From the NCBI GenBank assembly GCA_021736985.1, contig JAIPEW010000001.1, forward strand, positions 159,649 through 223,648: 64,000 nucleotides of DNA. Reading direction: 5' to 3'. Position numbers and translations under genes: made by a program. A model generated the notes under the pieces. That model worked only from the letters and a program-made list of their open reading frames with translations, was not told the origin of the DNA and made no database searches. This DNA comes from Clostridiales bacterium. GTDB lineage: Bacteria; Bacillota; Desulfotomaculia; Desulfotomaculales; VENG01. Positions 9,392 through 20,700 of the stretch are shown piece after piece; the first letter of the stretch is position 1, and the number at the start of each line of letters is the position of its first letter.

Positions 9392-9925
9392 TTGTTTAGC
9401 CTGGTCTCTGAGGTTTCGCGCTGGGCAATCCCCGTTGTTTTACTTTTAGTACCTCTGGCTGCTCATGCAAGGGGTGTTAAAGTATTTGAAACTTTTGTTG
9501 AAGGTGCTGAAGATGGTTTTAATACGGCAATTAAAACTATACCTTACCTGGTCGCCATGCTGGTGGCTATTAGTGTTTTCCGGGCATCAGGAGCTATGAA
9601 TGTTTTAGTATCCGTTCTCTCCCCGGTGTTAAATCTCGTAGGTGTTCCGGCAGAAGTGCTGCCTCATGCCGTCATGCGGCCGCTTTCAGGGGGCGCTGCC
9701 CTGGGAATTTCAACAGATATAATAAAAAACCACGGGCCCGATTCATTTATTGGCCAGTTAGTTTCAACTATGCAGGGGACAAGTGATACTACCTTTTACG
9801 TGCTGACACTTTATTTTGGTTCAGTAGGTATTACCCGCTACAGGTATTCAGTTATTTCTGGTTTGATAGCTGACTTTACAACCCTGGCAGCATCTGTTTA
9901 TATTGCACATAAAGTTTTTGGATAA
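9392..9925 (+). CDS. spmB: spore maturation protein B
   Basis: Membrane protein immediately after spmA. MRPLSGGAALGI and TFYVLTLYFGSVGI motifs. Confidence 0.75.
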   Translation: MFSLVSEVSRWAIPVVLLLVPLAAHARGVKVFETFVEGAEDGFNTAIKTIPYLVAMLVAISVFRASGAMNVLVSVLSPVLNLVGVPAEVLPHAVMRPLSGGAALGISTDIIKNHGPDSFIGQLVSTMQGTSDTTFYVLTLYFGSVGITRYRYSVISGLIADFTTLAASVYIAHKVFG

Positions 9926-9928
9926 ATT

Positions 9929-9952
9929 AACGCTCTCCGGGGCGTTTTTTTT
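9929..9952 (+). terminator. intrinsic terminator after spmB
   Basis: aacgc...gcgtt stem around tctccggg, followed by T8. Confidence 0.5.
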
Positions 9953-9989
9953 AAGGTACATTATGGTAAACTTATAAAAGGTGATTATT

Positions 9990-10715
9990 ATGGAAGAAAG
10001 ACTGCAAAAATATATGGCCAGGGCAGGGGTAGCTTCCCGCCGTTACTCTGAAAGAATGATTTCTTGCGGCAGGGTAAAAGTAAACGGTACAGTAGAAAAA
10101 ACAATGGGTACAAAAATTGACCCTGCAAGTGATACAGTTACTGTGGATGGTAAAGTGATAAATATAGAAGAAAAAAATATATACTTAATTTTAAATAAGC
10201 CCGGAGGATATGTAACTACGATGCATGACCCGCAGGGAAGGCCAATTGTTACTGATTTATTAAAAGGTGTACAAGAGCGTGTTTACCCGGTAGGGAGGTT
10301 AGACTATAATACTAAAGGACTGCTTTTATTAACAAATGACGGGGAATTAACGTATGCTCTGACTCATCCCAGTTATAAGATATTCAAGACTTACCGGGCC
10401 CTGGTTAGCGGTGTACCTTCAAAAACTAAAATAAAAGACCTGCAAAAAGGAATAAAGTTAGAAGACGGGCTTACTGCGCCGGCAAAGGTACGGTTGTTAA
10501 ATAAACAGTCTGATAAAAGCCTGCTGGAAATAACTATTTATGAGGGAAGAAACCGGCAGGTAAGACGTATGTGCGAGTATATAGGGTGTCCTGTTTTAGA
10601 CCTGGAAAGGGTAAGGCTCGGCGATTTAAATATAGGAGAATTAAAAATAGGAGAGTATAGGTACCTGGCATATAAAGAAGTCCACCATTTAAAGAGTAAA
10701 CTAGGACTTTTGTAG
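9990..10715 (+). CDS. rluB: pseudouridine synthase, RsuA/RluB family, with N-terminal S4 domain
   Basis: RLQKYMARAGVASRR (S4), LNKPGGYVTT and GRLDYNTKGLLLLTNDGEL (catalytic Asp motif). Confidence 0.85.
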   Translation: MEERLQKYMARAGVASRRYSERMISCGRVKVNGTVEKTMGTKIDPASDTVTVDGKVINIEEKNIYLILNKPGGYVTTMHDPQGRPIVTDLLKGVQERVYPVGRLDYNTKGLLLLTNDGELTYALTHPSYKIFKTYRALVSGVPSKTKIKDLQKGIKLEDGLTAPAKVRLLNKQSDKSLLEITIYEGRNRQVRRMCEYIGCPVLDLERVRLGDLNIGELKIGEYRYLAYKEVHHLKSKLGLL

Positions 10716-10785
10716 GAAGGAATATACAATTAAAATAGAAAATTAAAATAACGTGATACAATTTGACGAGGGGTGATACTAGCAT

Positions 10786-11256
10786 ATGTATAAAGAAGAA
10801 GAAAAACAAGAAAAAGATGAGAACATAGAAAAACCAGTAAAAGTTAAAATTCGCCTTGATTTTAAAGGGACAAGCAGGGCAGGTAGACATATATTTGGTG
10901 GCAAATCCCAGGAAAAGAATGCAGAGGATACCAGGGAACAGCAGGTAGCCATGTTTAGAAATATACCGATGCAGGGTATCTATATAGAAAATATAGATAC
11001 TAGTGGTGATGTATTTTCGGTATATGACGAATTAGCACACAGGGAAATAGCTTATGCTCCAGTTGTCCTGACAATTAGCGCTGATACACTTGAAGATGTT
11101 ATACCGTTTATTACCAGGGAAGAATTTAGAAAAATTCAAATAATTAAACCCCAGGACTTGTATTTGACTCGCTACGAAGGTGAAAGATTATTTTTTAATA
11201 TGCACCAGCAAATGCAAAGAGAACTTAATAATATTAGAAGAAAGTATATGAAGTAA
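10786..11256 (+). CDS. hypothetical protein with an acidic/Lys-rich N-terminus
   Basis: ORF with SD gaggggtga upstream. I recognise no family. Confidence 0.45.
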   Translation: MYKEEEKQEKDENIEKPVKVKIRLDFKGTSRAGRHIFGGKSQEKNAEDTREQQVAMFRNIPMQGIYIENIDTSGDVFSVYDELAHREIAYAPVVLTISADTLEDVIPFITREEFRKIQIIKPQDLYLTRYEGERLFFNMHQQMQRELNNIRRKYMK

Positions 11257-11314
11257 ACATAAGTAATAAATGGTCTTTTTGAGATATATAATTAGCCAGG
11301 ACAATTTCTAAAAG

Positions 11315-11806
11315 GTGTGTTCTGGTTTGCTAAAATATTTTTTTCTGGTGCTGGGAAAAAAGATAAAAAGAGCATTTATTAGTTTGTTTGTTTTATTTGC
11401 CGTTTGCTACACGCTGGTTCTGTCTTTTACAGGTGCCGGGCCCTTAGACATGGTTATAGGTGATGTTGATTTAAAAGAGATTACTGTTTCGGCAGATAAT
11501 CTTAAGCTGCTGCCAGGCGAGCCTGCAGTACTTCTAAAATTAAAAAAACAATCCAGGCTTCCCGGGGCTAATATATTATTAAACGGGGAGAATGCAGGAA
11601 GTTTTAAAAATAATTATTATAAGTTGCTAGTCCATAACGGAGATGTTATCAAGATTGATGTATCGGATTACAACTATACCGTGTGTGTGCAGGTAACTGC
11701 AGTTTCTCCTGGAATAACTAGCCCGGAAAAAGGTAAGGCATTTAAATCCAATGGAGATACTATTGTTCTTGATAGAGTGAGAATTGATAACAAGTTTGTT
11801 AAATAG
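11315..11806 (+). CDS. hypothetical membrane-anchored protein
   Basis: ORF with one N-terminal hydrophobic segment. The start codon is uncertain. Confidence 0.4.
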   Translation: MCSGLLKYFFLVLGKKIKRAFISLFVLFAVCYTLVLSFTGAGPLDMVIGDVDLKEITVSADNLKLLPGEPAVLLKLKKQSRLPGANILLNGENAGSFKNNYYKLLVHNGDVIKIDVSDYNYTVCVQVTAVSPGITSPEKGKAFKSNGDTIVLDRVRIDNKFVK

Positions 11807-11924
11807 TATACAGTTAAACTATTGCTTTTAAGAATATATACAAATATAATAAATAGTACTATATATGAATTTGCAAAAAATAGTACTCTACCGAGTACAT
11901 TTTGTATGCAGGAGGTTTTGAATA

Positions 11925-12347
11925 TTGACTAACCTGGGGAGCAAGGACGTTGCTCGTGCTGCAGTTGAGATGGCTATTAGTGACAGCCGGGAGCAGGAGA
12001 AAGAATTAAGAAAATATTATGTTGAGAAAGAAATTAAAACTGCGGCAGTAGATTACGGCGGTGATTTTGTTACATCGATGAATAAAATTACCGAGAGAGC
12101 AGTGGTAGCTGCCAAAAGAGAAGGTGTAATAAAAGAAGTGCATGCTGATGAAGGTGCAGTGTTAGGTGCGACCAGGGAAGCACTTTCGCAGATAATGAAT
12201 AAAGCTGTAGGCCTTAATGTAGGGGGGAAGATCGGAATAGCCTGTTATAAAGATCATATTAGCGTTGCCGCATTCTTTGGGCTAGGACTTTCATACCTGG
12301 ATGATGTAGCTATAGGGATCGGGCACAGGGCAGTATCATCTGGTTAA
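11925..12347 (+). CDS. HutP-family RNA-binding regulator-like protein
   Basis: About 140 aa ending ...VAIGIGHRAV, with an overall HutP-like pattern. TTG start after SD gcaggagg. Confidence 0.55.
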   Translation: MTNLGSKDVARAAVEMAISDSREQEKELRKYYVEKEIKTAAVDYGGDFVTSMNKITERAVVAAKREGVIKEVHADEGAVLGATREALSQIMNKAVGLNVGGKIGIACYKDHISVAAFFGLGLSYLDDVAIGIGHRAVSSG

Positions 12348-12365
12348 TTTCCAGGAGGTTTTATT

Positions 12366-12728
12366 TTGACTGCTGAAAATGTTTGTGCTATAAGAGGTGC
12401 AATTACGGTAGAAGAGAATACTGTAGATGCAATAAAAAGGGCAGTTCCGGAATTACTTGATAAAATACAAAGTGAAAACCAGCTGGGGGTAAACAGTATA
12501 ATAAGTGCGTTTTTCACGTTAACCACGGACCTCGATGCAGGTTTTCCTGCTGCGGCAGCCAGGCAGCTGCAGGGATGGGAAGCGGTTCCCATGCTATGTG
12601 CTTCTGAAGTTAGTGTTCCAGGCGGACTGCCCATGTGTATAAGGGTAATGATTCACTGCAGTATGTCAAAAAAAGAAGTAAAACATGTATATTTGCGCGG
12701 GGCCCGATCCCTGCGGCCGGATCTTTAA
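12366..12728 (+). CDS. aroH: chorismate mutase, AroH class
   Basis: CAIRGAITVEENT N-terminal signature of AroH-type chorismate mutase, about 120 aa. Confidence 0.8.
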   Translation: MTAENVCAIRGAITVEENTVDAIKRAVPELLDKIQSENQLGVNSIISAFFTLTTDLDAGFPAAAARQLQGWEAVPMLCASEVSVPGGLPMCIRVMIHCSMSKKEVKHVYLRGARSLRPDL

Positions 12729-12749
12729 TTATTCCCGCTTGACGGCTAT

Positions 12750-14825
12750 TTATTGAAGTTCTTTTTCCAGTGCACCTGCTTCTGTGACCGGTGCATGGCA
12801 GGTAAAATTCTGGCAAATATAAGCAGTAGCTTTACCGTCAACAGGTTTCTGTTCTTTTACAAAGGGAATTAGTTTTTCTATTTTATCTTTGTTTTTTCCT
12901 TCCTGGTGCAATATTAATAATGTATTAGGTGTAAATTGCCGGTGTACAGAAGAAATCATCTTGTTTACCTGGTTATCTTGGGTAGAACCTGCTATTACTA
13001 TTTCTCGCGAAGGGTAAAGTGCAAATTGTATTGCCGTGAGAAAATAGGAATAAGCACGCGGGTTATCTTTTATATTTCCAGCAAAGGCTTTGATCTGCTG
13101 TTCTGCTATGTCATCAAGGTGAGAATCTCCTGTAAGTCGTGCTATACGTAAGAGATTCAATGCAGCAACAGAGTTTCCAGAAGGGAAGGCCCCGTCAAAA
13201 GCCTCTTTGGGACGGGCAAAAAGCTTCTCAGCATCTTTGCCGTAAAGGAAAAAGCCCCCGTTTTCACGGTCATAAAATAAGTCTATCATCTGTTCTGTAA
13301 GTGTTACAGCCCTGCTTAAATGAACCGGTTCCAGCGTGGTTTCGTAGAGTTCCAGCATGCCCCATGTTAAAAATGCATAGTCTTCTAAATAAGCGTTAAA
13401 AGCAGCTTCGCCTTCACGGTAACGGGCAAGAAGGCGCCCATCGTTCTTACGCATGTTTTTCCAGATAAAATCGGCAGCTCCAAATGCAGCATTAGCGTAC
13501 CTGTCTTCTTCCAGGATGGATGCTCCCCTGGCCAAAGAGGCAATCATAAGACCGTTCCACGCGGTAAGGATTTTGTCATCTTTGTAAGGATATTCCCTTT
13601 TTTCCCTTTCTTTAAAAAGCTTTATCCTGCATTCTTCAATGCTGCCTCTTAGCTCGTTTTCATTTACGTTCCATTCTTTAGCTTTTTCTTCCGGGGTAGT
13701 CTTTATTAAATTCGGTATGTTTTTTCCCTCGAAATTCCCTTCTCCGGTGATATCATAGATTTGACAAAACATATCTCCTTTTTCTTGTCCCAGTATTTCG
13801 ATGATTTCTTCTGGTGTCCAAACGTAAAATTTGCCTTCTTCACCTTCCGAGTCTGCATCTTCAGCAGAATAAAAAGCTCCGCCGTGTGAAGTCATATCCC
13901 TGAGTACATAAGTAAAAATCTCCCTGGCAGCTAGCGCGTATACATCTTTTCCGGTTACCTGGTAGCATTCCAAGTATGCAATAGACAAAAGGGCATTGTC
14001 ATAGAGCATTTTTTCAAAATGAGGGACAAGCCATTTCTCATCTGTAGAATAACGTGAAAACCCAAAACCTATATGGTCGAATATTCCCCCCCTGTGCATT
14101 GACTGCAGAGTTTTTTCTACCATGTGAAGCGCATTCTTTTCACTTGTATGCTTGTAATGCCGGAGTAAAAAAAATAAATTATGGGGCGCAGGAAATTTGG
14201 GTGCTCCTCCAAAACCGCCGTAATGAGGATCAAAACTTTCTTGAAAATCTTTATAGGCATCGAGAAGTATATTTTCAGATACCTCACCGCTGGTATTGGT
14301 ACTTAAGTGAGGACTTATTTGCTCTACAATATTTTCACCGGCCTGGTACAGCTTATTTCTGTCTTCATTCCATTTTTCAGATATTTTAGATAGTATATCT
14401 TGTAGCCCGGCATGCCCCCACTTTGCATCTCTGGGGAAATAAGTTCCTGCAAAAAACGGGTTTTTATCCGGAGTCATAAAGATACTTAGCGGCCATCCCC
14501 CGTGTCCTGTTAATGCCTGGCAGACAGTCATATATACCTGGTCTATATCCGGGCGTTCTTCCCTGTCAACCTTGATAGAAATAAAGTTGTCGTTTAAGAT
14601 TTTAGCAACATCTGCATCTTCAAAGGATTCTCTTTCCATTACGTGGCACCAGTGGCAGGTTGAATACCCTATTGATAGGAATATAGGTTTGTCTTTGCTT
14701 TCAGCTTTTTCAAAGGCTTTTTCTGACCAGGGATACCAGTCAACCGGGTTGTATGCGTGTTGCAGCAAGTAAGGTGACTTTTCATGTATAAGCTGGTTAG
14801 ACCGAATTTTATGTTCAGTAGACAT
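12750..14825 (-). CDS. thioredoxin-domain protein, YyaL/DUF255 family, with a six-hairpin glycosidase-like C-terminus
   Basis: [16 protein letters not shown]...[21 protein letters not shown] signature, 691 aa. Confidence 0.85.
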   Translation of the reverse strand: MSTEHKIRSNQLIHEKSPYLLQHAYNPVDWYPWSEKAFEKAESKDKPIFLSIGYSTCHWCHVMERESFEDADVAKILNDNFISIKVDREERPDIDQVYMTVCQALTGHGGWPLSIFMTPDKNPFFAGTYFPRDAKWGHAGLQDILSKISEKWNEDRNKLYQAGENIVEQISPHLSTNTSGEVSENILLDAYKDFQESFDPHYGGFGGAPKFPAPHNLFFLLRHYKHTSEKNALHMVEKTLQSMHRGGIFDHIGFGFSRYSTDEKWLVPHFEKMLYDNALLSIAYLECYQVTGKDVYALAAREIFTYVLRDMTSHGGAFYSAEDADSEGEEGKFYVWTPEEIIEILGQEKGDMFCQIYDITGEGNFEGKNIPNLIKTTPEEKAKEWNVNENELRGSIEECRIKLFKEREKREYPYKDDKILTAWNGLMIASLARGASILEEDRYANAAFGAADFIWKNMRKNDGRLLARYREGEAAFNAYLEDYAFLTWGMLELYETTLEPVHLSRAVTLTEQMIDLFYDRENGGFFLYGKDAEKLFARPKEAFDGAFPSGNSVAALNLLRIARLTGDSHLDDIAEQQIKAFAGNIKDNPRAYSYFLTAIQFALYPSREIVIAGSTQDNQVNKMISSVHRQFTPNTLLILHQEGKNKDKIEKLIPFVKEQKPVDGKATAYICQNFTCHAPVTEAGALEKELQ

Positions 14826-15128
14826 TTATTTATCCTCCTAGAATTTTTCCGTAGTATTTACAGAAAAGGGGCCCTGTTATTTATGCTAATTCTTTGTTAC
14901 TTTTATCAGTTTGTTTATCAATCCACTGATTTATTAACTTGTTTGGGATGTTTGTTTGGTTAATTACATCATTTTCCAAAACAGAGAGGTGTCTTTTGTA
15001 AATATGGATAAATTTTTATCAAAAAAACTACTTATTACAGTGTCTAAGCAAACCAGAAATAAATACTGCAAAAACTTTGTACCTTGCATTGATATAGCTA
15101 AAAAGCCCTTGTTCCTAAATGAAAAGGA

Positions 15129-15151
15129 AGGGAGGCTTTTTTTGCCTCCCT
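15129..15151 (-). terminator. hairpin terminator downstream of the minus-strand giant-protein operon
   Basis: agggaggc(15129-15136) pairs with gcctccct(15144-15151) across a T7 loop. It lies 35 nt beyond the stop of the 15187-16578 gene. Confidence 0.5.
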
Positions 15152-15186
15152 CTTTATAATCCCATATTTCTTTTATCAACCGTAAA

Positions 15187-16578
15187 TTACATAAACATTG
15201 AAAATCCTTCTATTTCTCTGGGTTCTTTGTTAATTGATATCCCGGCTGATTGAATGGCCTCCGGTACCCTGTTAAAATTAGGAATAATTGTATTTCCCAG
15301 CTGGTCGGTGAACCAAATAAAAAAGGGTTTTTCATTGCACTGAATTTCCAACCCGCCATAAGCCGCACTGTCAGTCAGAATAGCAGTCCCAACCGGTTGG
15401 GGAGAATTGCGCTCTCCCATAAGTGAAAGCAGGGCCACGGCCATAAACAGCTTGCGAAACCAGCCCGGATTTCTCAAGGAAACCAGGTTGACAGAAACTA
15501 TTTCATCAAAACGGCATTCCCGAACCCCTTTTAAAGTAATCAAGTACAATGCATCTTGACTTAATTCAATACGGTATGATGCATACCAGGCGGAATAGTA
15601 CAGCAGCACTACACCCAACAGTGCCAGCAGCCACATGACTATACTTATGGGCCACATAGAAGTTATTGATTGTGCCGTACCTCCGTTAATTACAAAGGGC
15701 AGGCTGTAAAACAAAAGTAAGATCATTAAAGCCACTATATCTCCTGCAACCAGTCTTCCCCGGGCATAGGCAATATCTTCAGGTGTGTTTTTGCGGCGGG
15801 GGAGGAACAAGTAAAGCAGCAGTCCAGCCGACATGACTAATATACCAATTAAGCGATAGGGGTGATAAAGCCCTCCAGGCGCTGTGCGGTAAGGTTTGGA
15901 CATGGCTGTCACCGATGATAGATAATCTTTATACTCCAGAAGCAGGTAGGAACTGGTATCAGCATCAGCTTTATTTAGATAAATCTGTTCACCTGCCTGA
16001 AAGTTTAGTCCCCATTGCTCAAAAGGAAGTTCCCCGGGTTTAAAAAATACTGGCACCGTCCCCTGTGGTTTCCATAAGCCGTCTTTATCCTGGTTGCTCA
16101 CCCGGTCGCTGTAGCTGGAACGCGCATACCGGCCGTTGCTGGCCAACTGTACCTGCTGGAAAAAGGTATCCCACTGCTTGGAATCAACCAGGGTCACTTT
16201 TCCACCGGTCTTTTCTTTTATATAGTCCTTCAGGGGCAGTTGACTAATCCTTTGGTCTTCCTTGGAAACATAACCACTTACTGACTTTAGCTCATCGGCC
16301 TGTTCCTTTTCCCAATCTACCGCGGTAACACTGACTACAGCAGGGGTTACATAAAAATAAAGCGCTATTCCTAACAAAATACTTGTCAATAAAGCTATGC
16401 GGCGCCACAACTCTATTCTTCCTGGTGCAGGCGTCTTATTTTTAATTCTTTTAAAGTCTGTTTTGCGGCCGCAATCCCCACAAAATTTGTCTGAGGCTAA
16501 AATCTGGCTTCCACAGTGAGGACAAAACTTTGTATCGTTCATTATTTTCACCCCGCAATTCTTATATAGGAGCACCAC
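15187..16578 (-). CDS. zinc-ribbon domain membrane protein
   Basis: N-terminal FCPHCGSQILASDKFCGDCG double CxxC, then several TM segments. It overlaps the upstream gene by 17 nt. Confidence 0.6.
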   Translation of the reverse strand: MVLLYKNCGVKIMNDTKFCPHCGSQILASDKFCGDCGRKTDFKRIKNKTPAPGRIELWRRIALLTSILLGIALYFYVTPAVVSVTAVDWEKEQADELKSVSGYVSKEDQRISQLPLKDYIKEKTGGKVTLVDSKQWDTFFQQVQLASNGRYARSSYSDRVSNQDKDGLWKPQGTVPVFFKPGELPFEQWGLNFQAGEQIYLNKADADTSSYLLLEYKDYLSSVTAMSKPYRTAPGGLYHPYRLIGILVMSAGLLLYLFLPRRKNTPEDIAYARGRLVAGDIVALMILLLFYSLPFVINGGTAQSITSMWPISIVMWLLALLGVVLLYYSAWYASYRIELSQDALYLITLKGVRECRFDEIVSVNLVSLRNPGWFRKLFMAVALLSLMGERNSPQPVGTAILTDSAAYGGLEIQCNEKPFFIWFTDQLGNTIIPNFNRVPEAIQSAGISINKEPREIEGFSMFM

Positions 16579-17671
16579 AACAAGTGCAAAACTTTTTACC
16601 AGGGCGATTCAAATTGCCGCATTGGTCGCAAAAATTTGGTTGTTGACCGGCAGCAGTAGTTGGCGCTGCTGCTGCACCACCGGTTACTTTGCGCAGCGAT
16701 TTCATCCATTTACCCAGAGTATTCTTAAGCTCGGACCCGGTAGCAGCCTGGTGCCGAAAACGGTGCTCCCCGCCGGCTCTAGTTTCGAAAGAAAAAAGGT
16801 GGTTGGCAAACGCGGTTGGAGCCAGAAACACACGTGAAAGGTTTCTTTCTTCTCCGTTTATCATAGCGCTTGCCCCGCAACCTACTGCGCCCATCCAGGT
16901 CTGCAAAAATTCTTCGCCCATAAAAGTGGTTTGCTCGGCCATAGTTATATTTTGCTTATTAATATCGACAAAACCTAATTCTTCAAGTTTCTTTAAGTGT
17001 TCGGGGTGCAGCTTAATCCTGTTGTTTTTAAGACCGGGTGTAAGTTCAAACAGGGCGGGTAGAAGCCAGCGTTTATCTGCGCTGGCCAGAGTGCGTTTTA
17101 AAAGCTGCATAAAATCCTGAGTGGTTACAGAGATATCTCCCAAACTACGATAGTCCAGCATGCTCTTCATGTAGGAGCGCCTGTAAAGATCTATACAATG
17201 CATGGCGCAAACCAGTATTTCTATTTCCAATATATCAGGAAATACAGCCCGGTAATCGCCCGTACCTTCAGAGGCATAGATGCTTACCCACCATTTCAAG
17301 AAGGCATCCCAATCAGGAAACATCAATAACAGTAGTTCACCCTGAGTATTAATAAACTGCCCTAAAACAGCTTTGTCATCGCCAGACAGCAAGGCATAAT
17401 AATTGTCATCAGCAGTCCCCGCCCCGCCTCTCTGAAAAATAATTTTTAAATCCGGTTCCAGTAATTTTTTAGCTACCTGAAAAAGCCCGGGGCTTTCCGA
17501 CAGCTGCCTGAATGCTTGCGAGGGGCTGCTAACGGCAGCCTGCTCTGTTTTATGATAAAATGGCGACAGATTGTTGCCGGTTAACCCAGAATGTCTAAAT
17601 AAATGATCAATATCCCCTGGCGCTAGCTTAAAAACTTCAGTGCTGTTAAGTGCACTCTGATTCATCTCCAT
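16562..17671 (-). CDS. hypothetical protein with a C-terminal zinc ribbon
   Basis: 369 aa ending FCDQCGNLNRPGKKFCTCCGAPI. The body matches no family I recognise. Confidence 0.55.
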   Translation of the reverse strand: MEMNQSALNSTEVFKLAPGDIDHLFRHSGLTGNNLSPFYHKTEQAAVSSPSQAFRQLSESPGLFQVAKKLLEPDLKIIFQRGGAGTADDNYYALLSGDDKAVLGQFINTQGELLLLMFPDWDAFLKWWVSIYASEGTGDYRAVFPDILEIEILVCAMHCIDLYRRSYMKSMLDYRSLGDISVTTQDFMQLLKRTLASADKRWLLPALFELTPGLKNNRIKLHPEHLKKLEELGFVDINKQNITMAEQTTFMGEEFLQTWMGAVGCGASAMINGEERNLSRVFLAPTAFANHLFSFETRAGGEHRFRHQAATGSELKNTLGKWMKSLRKVTGGAAAAPTTAAGQQPNFCDQCGNLNRPGKKFCTCCGAPI

Positions 17672-17712
17672 AGATTTAACTACCCCCCGGGCTTATTTGT
17701 TCTTAATTAAAA

Positions 17713-20700
17713 TCATTTTATAGCTGTTCTTAATGCACCGATGCGGCTGGAAATTTTGTCAGCTAAATCACCGGGGCTGTCATAACCAAGCTCTTGCAAG
17801 CGGGCCGCCCGCGCAGCCGGTGACAGTTTGCTGTCTTCCACTACCTGCAGGGCCTTTTTCATGTTATCCGGCATATCAGCTATTTTGTAGCCCATTTCTT
17901 TATACCCCTGTTCAAGGTTGCGGGCCTGAGCCCCGGTCTTTTTAAGCTGCTCCAGCGCTTCAGTCTGGCTGCGTAAATCACCTTTTTCCCAGTAGTGGTT
18001 GACTTTATATTCTTCCATTAGCCCGAGCCCCTCGGAATCTACAAGCCTGCCTTCTCCGTCCGCCGCCTGAGCAGCGCCCGGGCAAAGCGGCTGCTCTCCT
18101 CCAGTCATAGCGCTGCGCTGTGTACTGAAATCCCGGGCCGCTTCAGGATGGTAGACATCAGTCGGGCTTTCCCCATGCAGCTCAGCCCAGCGGCGAGCCT
18201 GTTCAATATCAGACATATGGCTCCAGTTTTCATCCGGAAATTTAACGGCAGCATCCCGGGGATTAAACCCGGTGTTTTTTGCATAAGACTTATAGTAGAT
18301 ATCTTCCCATTCGCTGCGCGGAATTTCCACCCACTCCACATTGCCATCCTTGCCCACAACTTTCCGGAGGGCAGCAATATCATTATCAGTATTTACATCC
18401 CATGGATGATACTCCTTGCCCGGCGTACGTACGGTATCCACCCTGATTTCAGCCTTGTTGTACTTGTCAGACAGGTGATTCTGGACATCTCTATAGGAAG
18501 GCTGGTATACTTCTTCATTTAGCACATTGTTAAACTCGGTCTGTACTTTGCGCGAACCGCCTGTTCCTAGCTCAGTTCCCATTCCATCTGCATTTTCCAT
18601 GTTTTTTAGCGTTCTCATAGAAGCCGGATCGGCTTTCATTTCCAGAGCATCTTCTATCGTGAGCTTTTCGCTACGCTGTACCTTATCAGCCATATTCCAC
18701 GTTTTTTCCTCGGCTTGAATCCGGTATTCGTCATAAATAGCCTGCTCTTTAATAATATCCTGCTGTTTAGCGGGCGGCAAATTGTCAAAATCCTTTATAG
18801 ACTCCTGAAGTTTTTCTGCAGCTTTTGTTGCAGCCGCCGGGTCGTCAAGGATTTCCTCGCTGGACCGTCTACCGCGATTTATGGACTGTTCAGCAGTCTC
18901 ACAGGTTTCACTTGACGGCGCCTTGCTGGATTTGACCGCATCACCAGTAGGCGCATCACTTGATGATCTAGCAGTGCCACCCGGGATATCTCCACTATCA
19001 GCAGCGGTTTTAACGGCTATATTATCAGCATCTTTACTAACTGTTTTACCTGCTGCAGAGGCTGCATCGTCAGTGCTCTCGCTTACTGTTTTTCCAGCTG
19101 CCGCAGCCATATCATCGCCGCTTTCCGCAGCGGTACGAGCTGTTGTGGAACCGGTTGCATTACTGCCCAAAGTCTTGCTTGTTTTCTCCAGTCCTTCTTC
19201 GCCCATTTCCGAGCCCAGTTCGGAAATTTGTTTCTCAATATTCTTGACGGCCTCGTCAGCAGATTCCTTACTGATCATCCCTGCGGCTGCGCTGCCAGAC
19301 TGGTTTGCTTTGCTTACCTTGAGCAAGGCTTTCTCTACAGAATCCGCTGCCTTGTTAACCATGGCCGGATATTTCTCCAGCATTTCCTTGGAGGCTTTCT
19401 CACCGGCAGCGCCTGCCATTCTGCCTATTTCCTCTTCCAAAATGACCATGCCAATAGCCTTGGAGACCGACCGGAAATCAGATTCCCCCCTGTCAATTGA
19501 CTGCTTAATACGGTGCATGGCTTCTGCAACCGTCAGGGCCCCGTCCATAGCTGCCTGAGCAGTGCCGGCTCCGGTAGCGGCAGTGATCATAACCCGGGCA
19601 GTTGTCCCTAGAACTGATATGTTGCCTTCAGAATCCTGGCCGGTCACTACTTCCCGGACTGATTCGGCATTGGCTTTTAATGCCGAATCAACGTCTTTAT
19701 ACCAGGGTTTTTCCTTCCAGCGTTCTCCGGTATCAGCGGTAGAATCTCCTTTTATACGGCTATCAATGACCCGGTTGATCTTTTCCATTTTATTCCGGTC
19801 GATAGCTTTGCCTTCCAGCATATCGTTTTTAAGCTCCTCGATAGCATTATCAACATCACCAGGGCCGTCCTTTTCACCAATACCGTATTTTTCTGATGCT
19901 TTCTGCATCTGGTCCAGTTTATCCCAGTCATTTATATTTTGATCAATTGCTTTGCTGTTGGCATCCTGGCGCTGGCTCATCTTTTCTATATCCTGCCTGA
20001 TACGCCGCAGATCCTCACCCAGGTCTTTCTGCCATCTTTCGAAGTCTTTTTTATACGACTCGAGTTCTTCATGGGGAACAGAACCTCCGGTAAGCAAGTT
20101 ATTCCACTTTCCGGTTTTTTCATCGTATTCCAGCGGGTATTCTTTCCCGTCGCCTTTTCCGACCATTACTATGGTATCCCCGTGTTGGGGAATACTATTA
20201 GTACCGGTGCTTGGTGTGTCGGCTTGCTCATCTTTGGATGCTGGAACCTCCGGTTCTTTCTGATCCTCCGGTAAATCTGTTGTCTCCTGTTCTTCCGGGG
20301 TAACCGTTATATTCTCATTGCCTTCCGGTATATCCGGTGATTTTTTGCCGATTTCATGGTTTTTTAAGGTATTCATCGGGTCTTTCGTTCCGATAACGCC
20401 CGGGTCTTGCGGTTGGGGAGCAGATGGCTGCTCTACTTCCGGTGAAGACTCGGTAGTCCAGGGTTTGGGCCCGTACTTTTCCACTGTCCTGGGGTAGGGT
20501 TCCCCCAGAGGCGGTTTGGTCGGCTGCCAATCTATGCCTGTATCAACCTGGTTGCCGTAATTGTCTTCGGTAATGTTTACCGGACCGCCGTCAAAGGGAT
20601 TACGTGTATCCACATTGAAAGGACTGTCTCCTTTGTAAGGGTTATCACTCCAGTGTAAGCCTGCCCGGTTATAGCCATCAGCGTTGTAACCGCTCCAGTG

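Noticed and set aside
11807-11924. HutP-type UAG-repeat binding site or attenuator near the HutP-family gene.
   Set aside because: There are only two aaatagtact direct repeats and a 6-bp hairpin (gtactc/gagtac). This does not match the three regularly spaced UAG triplets of known HutP sites, and it lies upstream of hutP itself rather than of a target operon.
18148-20274. Plus-strand ORFs of 60-225 aa antisense to the C-terminal half of the giant gene (for example 18881-19558).
   Set aside because: They have no SD sequences and a biased Ser/Ala/Leu composition typical of antisense frames of a relatively GC-rich gene. They are fully nested in a much longer ORF.
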